NCBI GenBank assembly: GCA_048013815.1
Contig: CM106586.1
Coordinates: 14,632,001-14,696,000 of the forward strand
Direction: 5' to 3'
Source: Setoptus koraiensis
Lineage: Eukaryota > Animalia > Arthropoda
Length of the DNA: 64,000 nt
Below the pieces are notes generated by a model. It saw only the letters and a list, made by a program, of their open reading frames with translations, had not been told where the DNA came from and did no database searches. The translations under genes and the position numbers were made by a program. Of this stretch, positions 36,102 to 48,673 are shown piece after piece. Each line of letters opens with the position of its first letter. Position 1 is the first letter of the stretch.

Positions 36102-37325
36102 TTATTTCTGATTAGTCTTTTCTATAATTTTGCCAATTTGCATAAGTAACTCTTGGACAAACAGGCTTCTATCTGCTTTGAGAACCTCTTTCTGATGTTG
36201 CTCAGCCTCATTCAATATTGGCTCTGTACATCGCGACAATAAAAATTGATATTGAGGCGCATTCGCTGACACCGTTTGGCTAGTTCCGTTAGTCTGTGCA
36301 TTTCCTGAATTAGAGTTGACCGCACCCACACCAGATCCTATTGGACCCTGTTCCATTAATGTGACATATGGTTGATTGTGATACTGGCTTGCTGAGTGAT
36401 TTGTTGTTGTTGTTGAGCCTAACACAGAGCTGGGTACATGTTGCGCCGACAACTGGTTATTATTCATAGATTGAAATGTTCTCCGCATTATTCTGACCTC
36501 TCGATCACTCGTTGAACGTGCGAACGAGGGTGAAGACTGTAATTGCATCTGCAATTGATGTAGTTGAGAGGCGGGCGATTGTGCCGAGGTTCCTGTTCTC
36601 CCCCTACCTGATAATTGCGATAAAAGCTCGGCCAATGGATCCATTGCGTCCCGAGCACTAGGCGACGAACCTGTGGCTCCGCCGACAGAGTTGAATTGCG
36701 TTTGTGTTCTCCTGGCCCTGGCCCCTCCAGTTCTAGTGTGGCACCTCCCGCCTCGGCTCCCCCTCATGGCCACTTGATCAGTTAGATCACGCGGAGTTCT
36801 GTGTTCCATTGTTAAATGAGTAGCAAAATCTCCAAAGGTCAACTGATTAGTATCACCGCCGCATATGGGACAAACAACACCTACGGCAGTGTCGCCATGC
36901 TCCGGACTGCTGTGATCGGCGGTCACATGGTCTAAAAGTGTTCCCTCTGTATATCCTAAGCCACCACAGAACGGGCATGTCAATGATTGAGGCTGCTCTG
37001 AATTGATGGCTTCACCACTATAATATAGGTCATAATCGCTCCTGACTAATATACATTGCATTGGATGATCTACGGTATGCCTCGACGAAGTGAGGCCAGC
37101 TTCATAACATGTTGAGCATAGGTCATAATCGAAACAGACTAAACATTTGTACCTCAATCCCATGAAATTGTTTTTGCGGCAAGAATCACAAGAGACGCCT
37201 AGGTGAAGGAGAGATGGGAGAATAAGGAATAAACAGATTGTTAGTTATGAGTATAAATTAAGAGATGGTTTGTGATTGCGTTGATTTGTTGTGTGATTTG
37301 GCTCACCTTCATGATTGGTTGACAT
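36102..37325 (-). CDS. KCMF1: E3 ubiquitin ligase KCMF1 (ZZ plus C2H2/Di19 zinc fingers)
   Basis: Exon 1 37325-37307 (MSTNHEG|gtgagc); exon 2 37198-36102 (GVSCDSCRKNNFMGLRYKCLVCFDYDLC...HPMQCIL...CPFCG...DPLAELLSQLSG...ADRSLFVQELL). Confidence 0.93.
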
Positions 37326-38617
37326 GAGTGTATATTATAATTGAATAGTTTAATGTTGTCACTTTGTTCACTATTGAATGATAGTTTGCTACGAGTATAA
37401 GTAAACTAGTGTCAATGTGGCTTCAGTAATAGTGTAAAATAAGGTAGCAGATAATAAGCTATAACAAGGATATTATCAGCAATAACAATGTGATGAGTAG
37501 CGGTATAAATTATTGATTATTTATATATATAGATAAATATATATAATAGAATAGAATTGATTGCCTAATATTGTTTTTTGACGTAGTGGTAATATTAGCT
37601 TCTCTAGCGATAATAATCATCCTAGTAAGTTGGTAGATAATAAGTGGGCCTCTCACCTCCAAAATAGAGAAGCGACATCGAGAGTGTTAATCAATTAGAA
37701 CGAAAGGGTAGTCAAAGAATATGTGCAATAGTGATAGAATTATATTCTTCCATAGGAATAGGTCAATTTGGAGAGTAGATACAGTAGTTATTAAAATATC
37801 AAAATACCAAGTCCTCGACAGTAGCCATGTAGCTTGGCTTATCTATGTGGAGCATAAAGAATTTATCATTTCCAGTGGATATAATAATGTATAGCGATAA
37901 TAATAATGATAGTCTCACAACATTGTCAGTGAACACAATCGATACGCGTCATGTATATCATCATAGACATAACACATTTAAAGTGATACAATTCTCGTTG
38001 TTGTTGGGTGTTTCACAAGTTTTGACAACGAAGCCGCAACGATTGCGCGGCACATCGAGCACCATTCTATTGTGTCATGGTGAGCTTGTTGATTTGATTT
38101 TCGAAGACACGACTCATGCCTTTGGAAAACAGCCGCTGCCGCAACAGCAGCAGGTAACAACACCAACAGCAGGGTGAGTTTAAACTGCCAGCAACCGGCC
38201 GTCAACAACGCACAACTGTACTCGTCTGCAGATAACTGTCACACTAACTGCGAGGGCAGTTAGTTTTTAATATGCATGCAATGCTGCGCACACTACCTGC
38301 CAAACAATACTAACAACTGTATTCTTTTTTCTTGTTGTTGTTGTTGTTGTTGTTTGTTATTATTGCACTATTTGATTACTGTGGTCTTTGTGTCCGAAGT
38401 CGTCGACAGTTCATTCTTGTACAATCTAGTGTAGATCTTATCATATTATCACTATTACTACCTCTATTACTATTATTATTATTACCATTATTGTTATTAT
38501 TATTATTTAATATATGCTCCAAATAACACAACACAGTTCCACAGTTCTAGCCGACATACCGAGATACAGATATACCCGAATTGCAAAGTCAACCAACGAA
38601 ACAACACAGGTAAATAA

Positions 38618-39553
<936 letters not shown>

Positions 39554-39931
39554 ACAGATAGGAGGACATATATAGTTCGAAAGAGAAACAGGGAGACAAC
39601 ATACAGTATGGATATTACCTACTCTATACTATATAACTATAACGGTATAGGAGCGCCTCCGAATCACTATATGGCGCCCATCGATTGTCCTCAAATAGGA
39701 TAAGAGACTATGCGAGCATGAGCAGCAGCCAAGTGACGAGATAGAAATTCTTTTTCCATTAATATATATAGATGATGTTTGTTGTTATTATTGTCAAAGA
39801 CCTTTCTTTAGTCAGAACTAACAAGATAGTCTATACACAAACTTTCGTTCATTAATCAGTAAAGAAGGTATCGATCAAGGTTCTAAGAAATAAAATAATA
39901 TCAACACTAATAGTAATAACTTTACTGGGGT

Positions 39932-41785
39932 CTACCAGCAGTCGTACTGGATTCTGTTGCTCAATTCCATATTGACAATGTAATCCTCAGGCTTATCCAT
40001 AATAGCCTTCTTACTCTCAGGCAGTCCTATCAACATTTTAGTGAATGTGCGGCGTAAATCTTCGGGTAATTTGGAATTCCCCGCTACATAGATATTGGCT
40101 TCCTCATCCAATAGTAGTCTCATGAATTCATCACAATTTTCCATTATTAGGTCCTGGACATATTTCTTCGCACCTTCTCTCGAAAAAGTCACATATAGAG
40201 ATAATAATCCACTTCTCTCATATCTATTTAGCTCTTCAGAGAAATAAAAATCTTTGTCTTTATATCTACATCCAAAGTAGAGTATATTCTTTGATATATC
40301 GTTGGAGCAGCTCTTATCTTGGAGAAAACTTCTAAAGGGTGCTATACCGGTACCGGGACCGATCATTATTATAGGCTTATGGTCCTCAACGATTTTAAAA
40401 CTGGTCTTCTTCACATAGAAATATACTCTTCTGTCTTTCAAGTCACCTACAGTGTTCAATCTAGCCAAGTAGTTCGAACACAGTCCCAATCTATTTTTTC
40501 TCAGCCTAGTTTTATAGTTAACAACTCCCACTATGAGATGTAGCTCATTAGGAAATAACCTCACTGATGATGCTATAGAAAACGATCGCGGCTTTATGGG
40601 TGGTATCAGATCAAACAGATAGTCGAATTCGATGTTGGGTACAGTATGGGGAAAATCGATCAAGACCTCTAAAATGCTTCTTTTTGGTAGTGTACAGTAC
40701 TCGTAAAGCTCCTCCTGGCCGTCAGTGGTTGATAACTCCATGAGTTTATTCTTTTCTAAATCATCATGGCTGAAATGCCACAGAAACTGGAAGAATGAGC
40801 GCTTCGGCACAGATTGAATATCAAAGTAATACTTGACTAGATCATATATGCTGATATTATTGTCTCCAGTTACCGATTCTTCCGTAGGAATGAAGTCATA
40901 TAGATAATTTTCCATAAAATGCGCATTCCTCTTCGTAAGTTTCACTCTTGTGCTCCCGTCTAATTGGAGCAATTGCAAAAACGTTTGTATATTTTCATCG
41001 TGATTGGCCGGGAATATAGAGCATACATCGCCTGGCTCAAAATCAACCTTATCACATTTTATCACAACAAGCCTAGTGTCCTGGAAGTGATCATCGGGGG
41101 TCAGGCGTTGATTGACTGTGCAGTGGCCCTCCAGGATACGATACTGAGAAGTCATTCGAGATGAGAACGGACAGCTCGATTGACTGGCAACTAACGGGTG
41201 CGTTTTGACGTCGGCCATATAGGAACTGGTCGGCAGAATTTTGTCAACGGCATCGGAATTTGTCAACGTGTGTGTCGCATCATATGCCGGCCCTAGTAGT
41301 AGCTCATACAGTTTGGGCCAAAGTTCTGTGAGTTTAGGATAGATTTTTTGATCACAGCCATATGTGTCTTGCTCGTCACCGAGTGTGAGTTCTTGCTGGG
41401 CTTGGGCGCCACACTGCAAGAGTCTCTTGTATAGTATCTTGGCCACCCAATTGAACTTGGCATAGGAAGAATCTCCGATGCCATAGACTGCAAACTTGAG
41501 AGTTCTAAGGCAGTTTTGGGGCAGGTCCCTTCTCCTGATAAAATTTAAGAATAGCCTCATATTCTCTGGCTCTTGCCCGTGTCCCGTGGTGGAACAAACA
41601 AACAAGACAAACCGTTCCTTTATCAGTAACTTGAATTTGTAGTCGTCCATGGGCTTGACGACAACGCCAGGTAAGCCCCTTGCTCTGGCCATGTAGCCTA
41701 TCCGCCTGGCGAGATCCTCGGCGTTTCCTGTTTGGCTGCCATACAAGATGACCAAACCTTGGGTATCGACCTGGACAGCCGCCAT
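39932..41785 (-). CDS. NDOR1: NADPH-dependent diflavin oxidoreductase 1, intronless, 617 aa
   Basis: LVILYGSQTGNAED, FVCSTTG.GQEPENM, GDSSYAKFN, PKRSFF, PRSFSIASS, GLCSNYL, MIGPGTGIAPFRS, LYFGCR, YVQD, C-terminal YDCW. Confidence 0.95.
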   Translation of the reverse strand: MAAVQVDTQGLVILYGSQTGNAEDLARRIGYMARARGLPGVVVKPMDDYKFKLLIKERFVLFVCSTTGHGQEPENMRLFLNFIRRRDLPQNCLRTLKFAVYGIGDSSYAKFNWVAKILYKRLLQCGAQAQQELTLGDEQDTYGCDQKIYPKLTELWPKLYELLLGPAYDATHTLTNSDAVDKILPTSSYMADVKTHPLVASQSSCPFSSRMTSQYRILEGHCTVNQRLTPDDHFQDTRLVVIKCDKVDFEPGDVCSIFPANHDENIQTFLQLLQLDGSTRVKLTKRNAHFMENYLYDFIPTEESVTGDNNISIYDLVKYYFDIQSVPKRSFFQFLWHFSHDDLEKNKLMELSTTDGQEELYEYCTLPKRSILEVLIDFPHTVPNIEFDYLFDLIPPIKPRSFSIASSVRLFPNELHLIVGVVNYKTRLRKNRLGLCSNYLARLNTVGDLKDRRVYFYVKKTSFKIVEDHKPIIMIGPGTGIAPFRSFLQDKSCSNDISKNILYFGCRYKDKDFYFSEELNRYERSGLLSLYVTFSREGAKKYVQDLIMENCDEFMRLLLDEEANIYVAGNSKLPEDLRRTFTKMLIGLPESKKAIMDKPEDYIVNMELSNRIQYDCW

Positions 41786-42341
41786 GATTCAAATGGTCGT
41801 CCGGCCAATTTAATAAATAATAAATTAAAAAATGTTATGGTGGATGGGATCTGTTTGTTGGGGGCAGCACCATTTCTAACATGTGTCTGCCAAGTTCAGT
41901 AAAGATCCGCTGGCCTACGGCGGCGCTCTACTTTTAACACGGAGTGTCTTTCTAGAAAAGAGGGCGATTCTACTCAATTTTTATTTATCATTTCTTTGTT
42001 ATTTTTTTTTTTTTTCATAAAATCACCACCATCTATAACATTTATACACTATATGATTGTCAGGTTGATCTTGCTAATTATTAGGGATGTCTTTCCGAAA
42101 ATTTCACAGTCATCCCACGGCAATTTGTGTCTAGACATGGTCGAAATCAATTGTCAGCATGACCATGTTACATAACGATCATGGTGTCTCACAAGACTGT
42201 TCAATAGGTTGATTCACAAACACGTTGATGTAACAGCCAGAACAGACACACACACAAACACATACAGAGATTATGAATGCAGATTGCGCGCAATATTTCC
42301 CCTGCAGCAAATCACGCTAACAGGCCCTGCGACACAGGGAC

Positions 42342-44510
42342 ATGAACGCTGTCGCTTACCTATTGCGCGATGGGCGTGAACGGGCTACCGACACCAATAC
42401 CAGGTAAGGCGCTATTTGTGATGTACTAATTGCCGAATTAATTGTTATCGCCACCGCGACTATCTGCGACATCCTGTTGTCGCCCTGTTATCTTTTTTGG
42501 CCTCTAACAACAATCTATTATCTGTTTTGAGTGTGTCCCCAAGGGTACCGCGACGGTACCAAAACCGCTCAGGCCCCAGGTATTGCCAATGTTCTTCTCG
42601 AATCTATTAGGCAACCGATTTGTGTTTTAAGACTAGAGAGACTAGAAAGTCACTCTGCCCATCGCAGGCTAGCGTCTTTTATCATAAAATCAATTACTGA
42701 ACAACAACAACAACAACAACAACAGTGGCAAGCTAACCAGCTAGTATGCGTGTTGGGGGTATTCAAGGAGGTGGGCGTTTTGGCTCACAAGCTCACTTGT
42801 CAGGCCTAAAATACAGACACACACACACACACACTCCGAGTTGTCAACTCGTGTGTGTGTGTGTGCGCGTGCGCGTATCCCATTTGTTTTGTGTGTAGCT
42901 GAAAGTGTGCAGAATTTTCGGAACGACGCAGGGTTAGCGCAAAAATATACGCTCAAGAAAAACTGGTTGATTCTAAAGGTTTGGCACAGAGAGTTGACAG
43001 GTTTCGTCCGCAGCGTGGCGTTCAGGCCGCTCCAATGAAAACTTTTTTACGCTGATTGACACTAGCACCGACTCTAATAACCACATAATGGATAATTGTT
43101 GCACTCAGGCATCACTGGGCGCTTTGCCCCGCCACTTGCGGCCGAACATTGCGAATATTCTGGTTCGCAACTTTCTTTCTCACCGATACACATGCAATCG
43201 CACAATGTCTACTATGTGCACATTTATAGCCACTCGATACCAACAATAATACACGGATTATCTGGTCTCATTAGATCATCTGTAGATTGGAGAGAAGCCA
43301 TGTTATATAAACCGTAAACCATTTACCTCCATGCTTCTTTTGTAATACTACTCCCTACCGACCACCACTGTAGCAACAATATCAATTATCATTATCAACT
43401 AACAACATCAAACTTGTCAGAATGATGGACGACATTAACAGACAGAGTTTCAAGGGAGTTTCGTGGGAAGTTTTCAAAGAAGCGGACATCCTTTATCAGA
43501 CCCGACAATATACCCGAGTGAGTCAAATATTGAAGTCTCAGCGGAACTGGCAATACAATGAACAAATATTATGGCGCCTGGGATCCTCGGAATACAAGCG
43601 GGCGCTGGAACTCAAGCTTGAAGAAGATGAATTGGGAATTCCTAACACTCTATCCAAAAGACTTTTTACCGATGCGCATTTATACTCGTTAAAATCCGTA
43701 GAGTTAGACGGAAACAATGGTCAAGCGCACAAGTGGGCTGCCATAACCATGGACCACGAATCCTTCTGTGCAAACTCTGACTACAAGAATCGCGAAAGAA
43801 TGTTACATCTACACTCTCACATTACAAAAGCGGTCTTTAAGTTACCACTTCTAGATGCCACCAGTTTCCACTCATTCGGACAGTCATACTACAAATTCTA
43901 TTGGCTTTATGATTATTTCTCAAGCGACAAAACTCATCCTATCTTCCGCGCTTATCCAGCATTTGCACTTACCATGTTTGAGAAGGCAGAACTAATCAAG
44001 ACGGAACCTTTTACGGGAAATACCATGATGATCGCGCTCATGTTGCTGACTTTGAATCGTAACATCGAGCACGCGTTTAATTTACTCAGAGCAATCATTG
44101 CCAATTATACCATAAATCCAAGGCCAGAAGACAAAGAGGTTGGTATTGGTGCGACTCTGGATTATCCAAAATTTTCCTCCCTCATTCGCTGCAGTTTATT
44201 GGACGTAACATATACAAGTAACAAAACTAATCTATAATAACCTCTCTCTTATACCCCATAACCACTCGTACCCATATTGCTCCATTAGGTTGTCGAGAAA
44301 TCATCAAGACTTCTTGGAGAGTATTATTGGTTGCACTTTGATAGAGCAGCGCAGGCAGCAGCAGTGGACGACGCGCTAGAAGCATTGCGAGCAGAGGCGG
44401 CAGCGAAAGCAGCAGAGGCGGCAGCAGCAGAGGCGGCAGCGGCAGCAGCAGCGGCGGCAGCAGCAGCGGCAGCGGCGGCAGATGAAGCGTCGAGGTCGCC
44501 GTCGTCGTGA
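42342..44510 (+). CDS. RMDN1: Divergent regulator of microtubule dynamics (RMDN/FAM82)-like TPR protein with an Ala-rich tail
   Basis: Core exon 43421-44138 has ADILY, ILWRLG, AHKWAAI, H..KA...DATSFH..G, AL..FEKAE and PEDKE, matching RMDN1 as recalled. Phase-0 final exon 44289-44510. Phase-2-compatible upstream exons 42342-42403, 42532-42579 and 43230-43313 are less certain. Confidence 0.68.
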
Positions 44511-45112
44511 CATCCAAGCTCTATAAATTCCATCAGTAGATGGCCATAAGAAGTCACCACATCAACAACTTATTTAGTACTAGTGATCAACTCGTGAGCA
44601 AGATTGTCGCTGATTAACTGCTGCACTTTCTCGGAGGTTGCATGTTTTATTACATGTAAATATAGACAATTTTAAGAATACTTTCTTGTCTCTGTCACAA
44701 CTTTTGGCTTTACTACGCATTAAGCTTCATTGTAAACGTTCGGTTATTTTTAGATCAATTTCTGGCCTTTAGCGCCAATCTATGAAAACTCTTTTTGATG
44801 CCCCCATTAAAAATTATTTAAAAGCTTGATTCACACCATCTCATACACAATTCATTATTGTTGACGCTCTGTTATCAAGCTCTCTCTAGGGCAAGGTGTC
44901 TTGAAAGCTTCGGAACTAGAGTCCTATAGAAAAACAATCATAGCTCCACTGAGCGACTGCTCGTCCTCCATATCAACTGCTGTCATTTATTGATTAACTG
45001 CTGCCATTTGGTAATTAACTGCTATCATTTGGTGATCCAAGCAGTTTGACGACTCTTACGATACGTCGCGTCATAATATAGAGTCACATCGACTTTCGGA
45101 TTCAATTATAGA

Positions 45113-45313
45113 TTACTGTCGATAACACTGATAACATTGATAACATCCATAGCATTGACAGCATCCGCAATGAGCTGTCATTCGAGAATGAATTTCGCGC
45201 CTTTCTACATCGAGCACAGAGACATCTAGGGGAAATGTTTGCAATGAAAATCATATCTGCCGCAAAATCTTTCTCTTATACTCACCTGGTTTGCCATCTA
45301 TTTCCATGATCAT
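45113..45313 (-). CDS. Candidate 44-46-aa spliced Cys-rich micropeptide
   Basis: Exon 45313/45307-45286 ends CCAG|GTGAGT; 60-nt intron ends TTTCCCCTAG; exon 45225-45113. Peptide (MI)MEIDGKPDVSVLDVERREIHSRMTAHCGCCQCYGCYQCYQCYRQ*. It overlaps a putative promoter element, so it may be non-coding. Confidence 0.3.
45187..45228 (+). promoter_or_regulatory. 42-bp bipartite element (E2F-type TTTCGCGCC plus GAGACATCTA box) upstream of LSM4
   Basis: 35/42 identical, ungapped, to the reverse complement of 47270-47311. Confidence 0.6.
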
Positions 45314-45622
45314 ATCGGCCTACTTTATTATATATAGAGAGCTGAGGTTTATTTATTCACACCCAGACACTGCTTGTTTATCATCAGAGACTACTTTTAT
45401 TATTAGCACTATCCTGTATTGTTATTTTTGTGTTGTTATCAATAACATTTGAATGTCCATGTTGGTCCTGTACACCGCTAGACACGAACTATCCAGGTTG
45501 AGGTCGATTGAGTGAGCAGGACAAGAGAAGAGAGCAGGTGAGATTTATTTAACTCTCACACAATATATATTTGTTAGAAGCCGGGATATTATTAGGTACA
45601 GAGGCAAATCAAATTGCTAACG

Positions 45623-45916
45623 ATGCTTCCCCTGACCTTGTTAAAGACAGCACAAAATCAGCCCATGCTAGTTGAGCTGAAGAACGGTGAAACATACAAC
45701 GGACATTTGGCATCTTGTGACAACTGGATGAATATCCATCTCAAAGGCGATGTCATTTGTACATCTAAAGACGGTGATAGGTTCTGGAAGATGCCAGAAT
45801 GTTATATTAAAGGTTCTATGATCAAATATTTACGACTGCCCGATGAAGTCATGGATCTAGCCAAGCAACAACCAGAAAACAACAAGCGTCGCAGAAGAGA
45901 CAACAACAATAGATAG
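45623..45916 (+). CDS. LSM4: U6 snRNA-associated Sm-like protein LSm4, 97 aa
   Basis: [37 protein letters not shown]...[32 protein letters not shown]. True ATG is at 45623; the ORF track started at an upstream TTG. Confidence 0.95.
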   Translation: MLPLTLLKTAQNQPMLVELKNGETYNGHLASCDNWMNIHLKGDVICTSKDGDRFWKMPECYIKGSMIKYLRLPDEVMDLAKQQPENNKRRRRDNNNR

Positions 45917-46094
45917 GGATTATCATAACAATAAATAAACGAAGGATAAAAAAACACTGTTCGTAGTAGACAAAAAGACAATTCTATCTGGTGTACAAAT
46001 ATACATACGTTCAAACAATGATCTCAAAAGAAAGAAAAGCTATCATAAATTTAGCAATTGATCAAACCTAACTAAATATGCTGTTCTATTAATA

Positions 46095-47118
46095 TCATGT
46101 ATTTAATCGGACCTGTTTCTCAATCTTTTGAGCAAGCTCAGCCTCCAGTTTAAATCTGACGAAAGTGGTCACTGTTCTTCTTTTACCTGTTATCACATTT
46201 CCGTGAGTGACATCATCGAAGCGACTCTCGTAATTACTAATAGAGTCGGGACAATCATAATTGATTAGATGTGATATCTAGTAGAAGTTGGTAGATTGAT
46301 GGAGGTTTGTAACAAGGAATGACAAGGGTGAAGGGTGGAAAATATGTTAGAATAACCAGCTGCAAAGAGTAGTACTTTTTAGATGTTCTCAAACTTCACC
46401 CACTTACAACAAAACCGAAATTTTTTGTCTGGTGTTGATAAACTTGGTCCATCTCATGTCGGCCTTGAACAGACGAATCCAGCTTCAACAAGATGTTGCA
46501 ATCCATGGCTTGGAGTTCCTGTAAGAAAAGCTGATTTGCTGCTTCACTCAAGTTACTTTTGACTACCTTAGCAAATAGTTTCTCTTTGTTCAACAACATC
46601 TCTAGATAGGAGGCAGTGCCTAGCTTACGGGAGTATACGGCCACAAATGGGATACGACCACTATCATCAGTCGTTTTATTTAGCCTCTTCAGAAGCTTTA
46701 TGAGGAGATCTGGCCTATCATCACGATTAACTCTGATAAACTTTTGCTCTATGTGCCCTGATAGATAGGAGACTGGATTTTCGTCAATTCTACCACCCTC
46801 ATATGATCCATTTCTGGCAAATGGCTTTATTATAAAATACTGGCCAGTCGAGGTCATTCTCTTCCATCTATATGTGGCCAATGTTAGTCGGTTGTGATCA
46901 TAAGTCTGCCCTTCATGATGGGCCAATTTCCTTGCTCGGCATCTGATGATTGGAACGTCCGCTTTTCCCAATTGACTGTCTCTTCTAAACTTCTCAAGTT
47001 CTTCATTTCTGATTGCACCTTTGAGTTTCCTCATGCCCTCTTTGTAGTAAACTGGCAGTTTGATAACGGGCAGATCAACCGCAACGCGGGATAGCTTGAG
47101 GCTAGATACAATCACCAT
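46095..47118 (-). CDS. DDX28: DDX28-like protein lacking the DEAD (RecA1) domain, about 297 aa, 2 exons
   Basis: Exon 47118-46408 ends GTT|GTAAGT; 130-nt intron; exon 46277-46095 (ISHLINYDCPDSISNYESRF...VTTFV...ELAQKIE). N-terminus PII.C....L.HH.GQTY.....LATYRW....STGQYFII resembles the DDX28 extension; HIEQKFIRV, FVAVYS and ILLKLDSSVQG resemble the RecA2 domain. The 5' end is uncertain. Confidence 0.7.
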
Positions 47119-47269
47119 GATGATCGTGATGTATCCAATAATACGAGCAACATTAAGGAAAGAGGTTGCAAAATTGTAAAAAACGTGGACAAACGCATTT
47201 TATCTGTCGGAGTTATTGTTGCATAATATTGAAAGTACCAGAGTTTATTTTGAACGCGCCGATTCCCTG

Positions 47270-47311
47270 TAGATGTCTCTGAGCTTGAACTGGGAGGGCG
47301 CGAAATTCATT
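47270..47311 (-). promoter_or_regulatory. Second copy of the 42-bp bipartite element, upstream of DDX28-like
   Basis: Reverse complement reads AATGAATTTCGCGCCCTCCCAGTTCAAGCTCAGAGACATCTA. Confidence 0.6.
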
Positions 47312-47347
47312 TTGAAAACTAGCATTGTTTTTTCGTATAGACGGGAG

Positions 47348-47608
47348 ATGAGGACACAAGAATTGACTCTACCTGTAAGTTTTGATTTGTTTTCGAATAG
47401 TATCTAGATTGTCTTTGGAAATTAACCTTTATGTCCTCAAAAGCGCTCCAAGCTGCTCAACTCTGGGGCAAACATCGCCGAGGTGGCAATTACAGAAACC
47501 TGGGCGAGGCGAATTAATGATCTAGCCACTGATGGCTGTACGTTTTTTTTTTCTTAACTTATGTTAGACAAAATTTCATCCTTGAATTATCCATCTATTC
47601 CAGGCTAA
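47348..47608 (+). CDS. Candidate 3-exon micropeptide (41 aa) or spliced ncRNA, divergent from DDX28-like
   Basis: ATG 47348-47374|GTAAGT, 69-nt intron, 47444-47537|GTACGT, 66-nt intron ending TTCCAG, then 47604-47608. Peptide MRTQELTLPRSKLLNSGANIAEVAITETWARRINDLATDGC*. Confidence 0.4.
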
Positions 47609-48406
47609 ATTAATTCAGCTGATAAGATTCAGATCAACTGACAAGCCTGCAAATAAGCTATCAGCTTGCATAATCGATATTATGCAAACTGATGCAAAAT
47701 GACCCTACCAACGCAATCATCTTGTGTGCATCAAGAGTGAAATTAGTCGGCTTTCATTTGGTTGCTTGCATCTATAGGCGAAAATCTTGGGCAGCATAAA
47801 AAATAAACTATTTGACTGACACTTGGCAAAATGTGTACACGAATCAATATTGATAGCGCTATCACAGTATAACATGAGTCTAATATGGATGCCCATGAGA
47901 TTGTGTCTACAAGATGAAAGTATTGCATATAGTCTACCAACTAACTAATGTTTGTATGTACTATGGGCGAGTTTGATAGCTAAATAGGCTAAAACTTGCT
48001 GATACAAGCTAAATTCATTAAGACTTGTTGCCTCTTATGACATATTAATCAATCTTCAATTTGTTTAGTTGCTAGCTATGCAGCAGCAGACGAAATAAAT
48101 TAGCGAGCGCCACATCGGAAAAGTGTAGTTGCCATCGAGACAACTCACTAGATTGATTAATCAACTGCACAGCAACTATGGCAAATAGGGAAAAAGTGTT
48201 CATTATGGCATGACTTGTCAAACTGAGAATTGTCAAATACATATCGCCGTTTCTAACGCTAATAATTAGATAATTAGATGATTCAATAGTTTTACAATCC
48301 ACATGATCGCCTGGCCGTTCATTGTGTATTTACGCAGTGACGAAGACTCAGTGGTGATGTGACTCGTGTCTTCTTGTCAGTGAAAGGGCCGACAAACTAT
48401 GGCCGA

Positions 48407-48412
48407 TATAAA
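48407..48412 (+). promoter_or_regulatory. Possible TATA box of vitellogenin
   Basis: TATAAA about 265 nt upstream of the ATG at 48674, with Inr-like TCAGA about 25 nt downstream. Confidence 0.3.
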
Positions 48413-48673
48413 CCAAATGCTCAAATCATCAGATTGAGCTGCCAATTGCATCGATCACTAGTATCAAAATTAAATGATATAAATAGCAAACACTTGGCCA
48501 ATTTGGAGCTAGTCTTCAGGAATTAAGCTTGGTGCTACAAGTAAAAAGTCACCGAGACTCGTAAGAGATAGATAGTTTATAATAGTAATAATAAAATAGC
48601 AAAGATATTGTGATATAATACGACAAAAAAGGTTTGAAAATAACAAAATAACACACAGCGAATTCAAGACAAA

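Noticed and set aside
44139-44237. ORF-track C-terminus of the RMDN-like protein (VGIGATLDYPKF...)
   Set aside because: Better explained as intron; the exon at 44289 restores the expected final helix.
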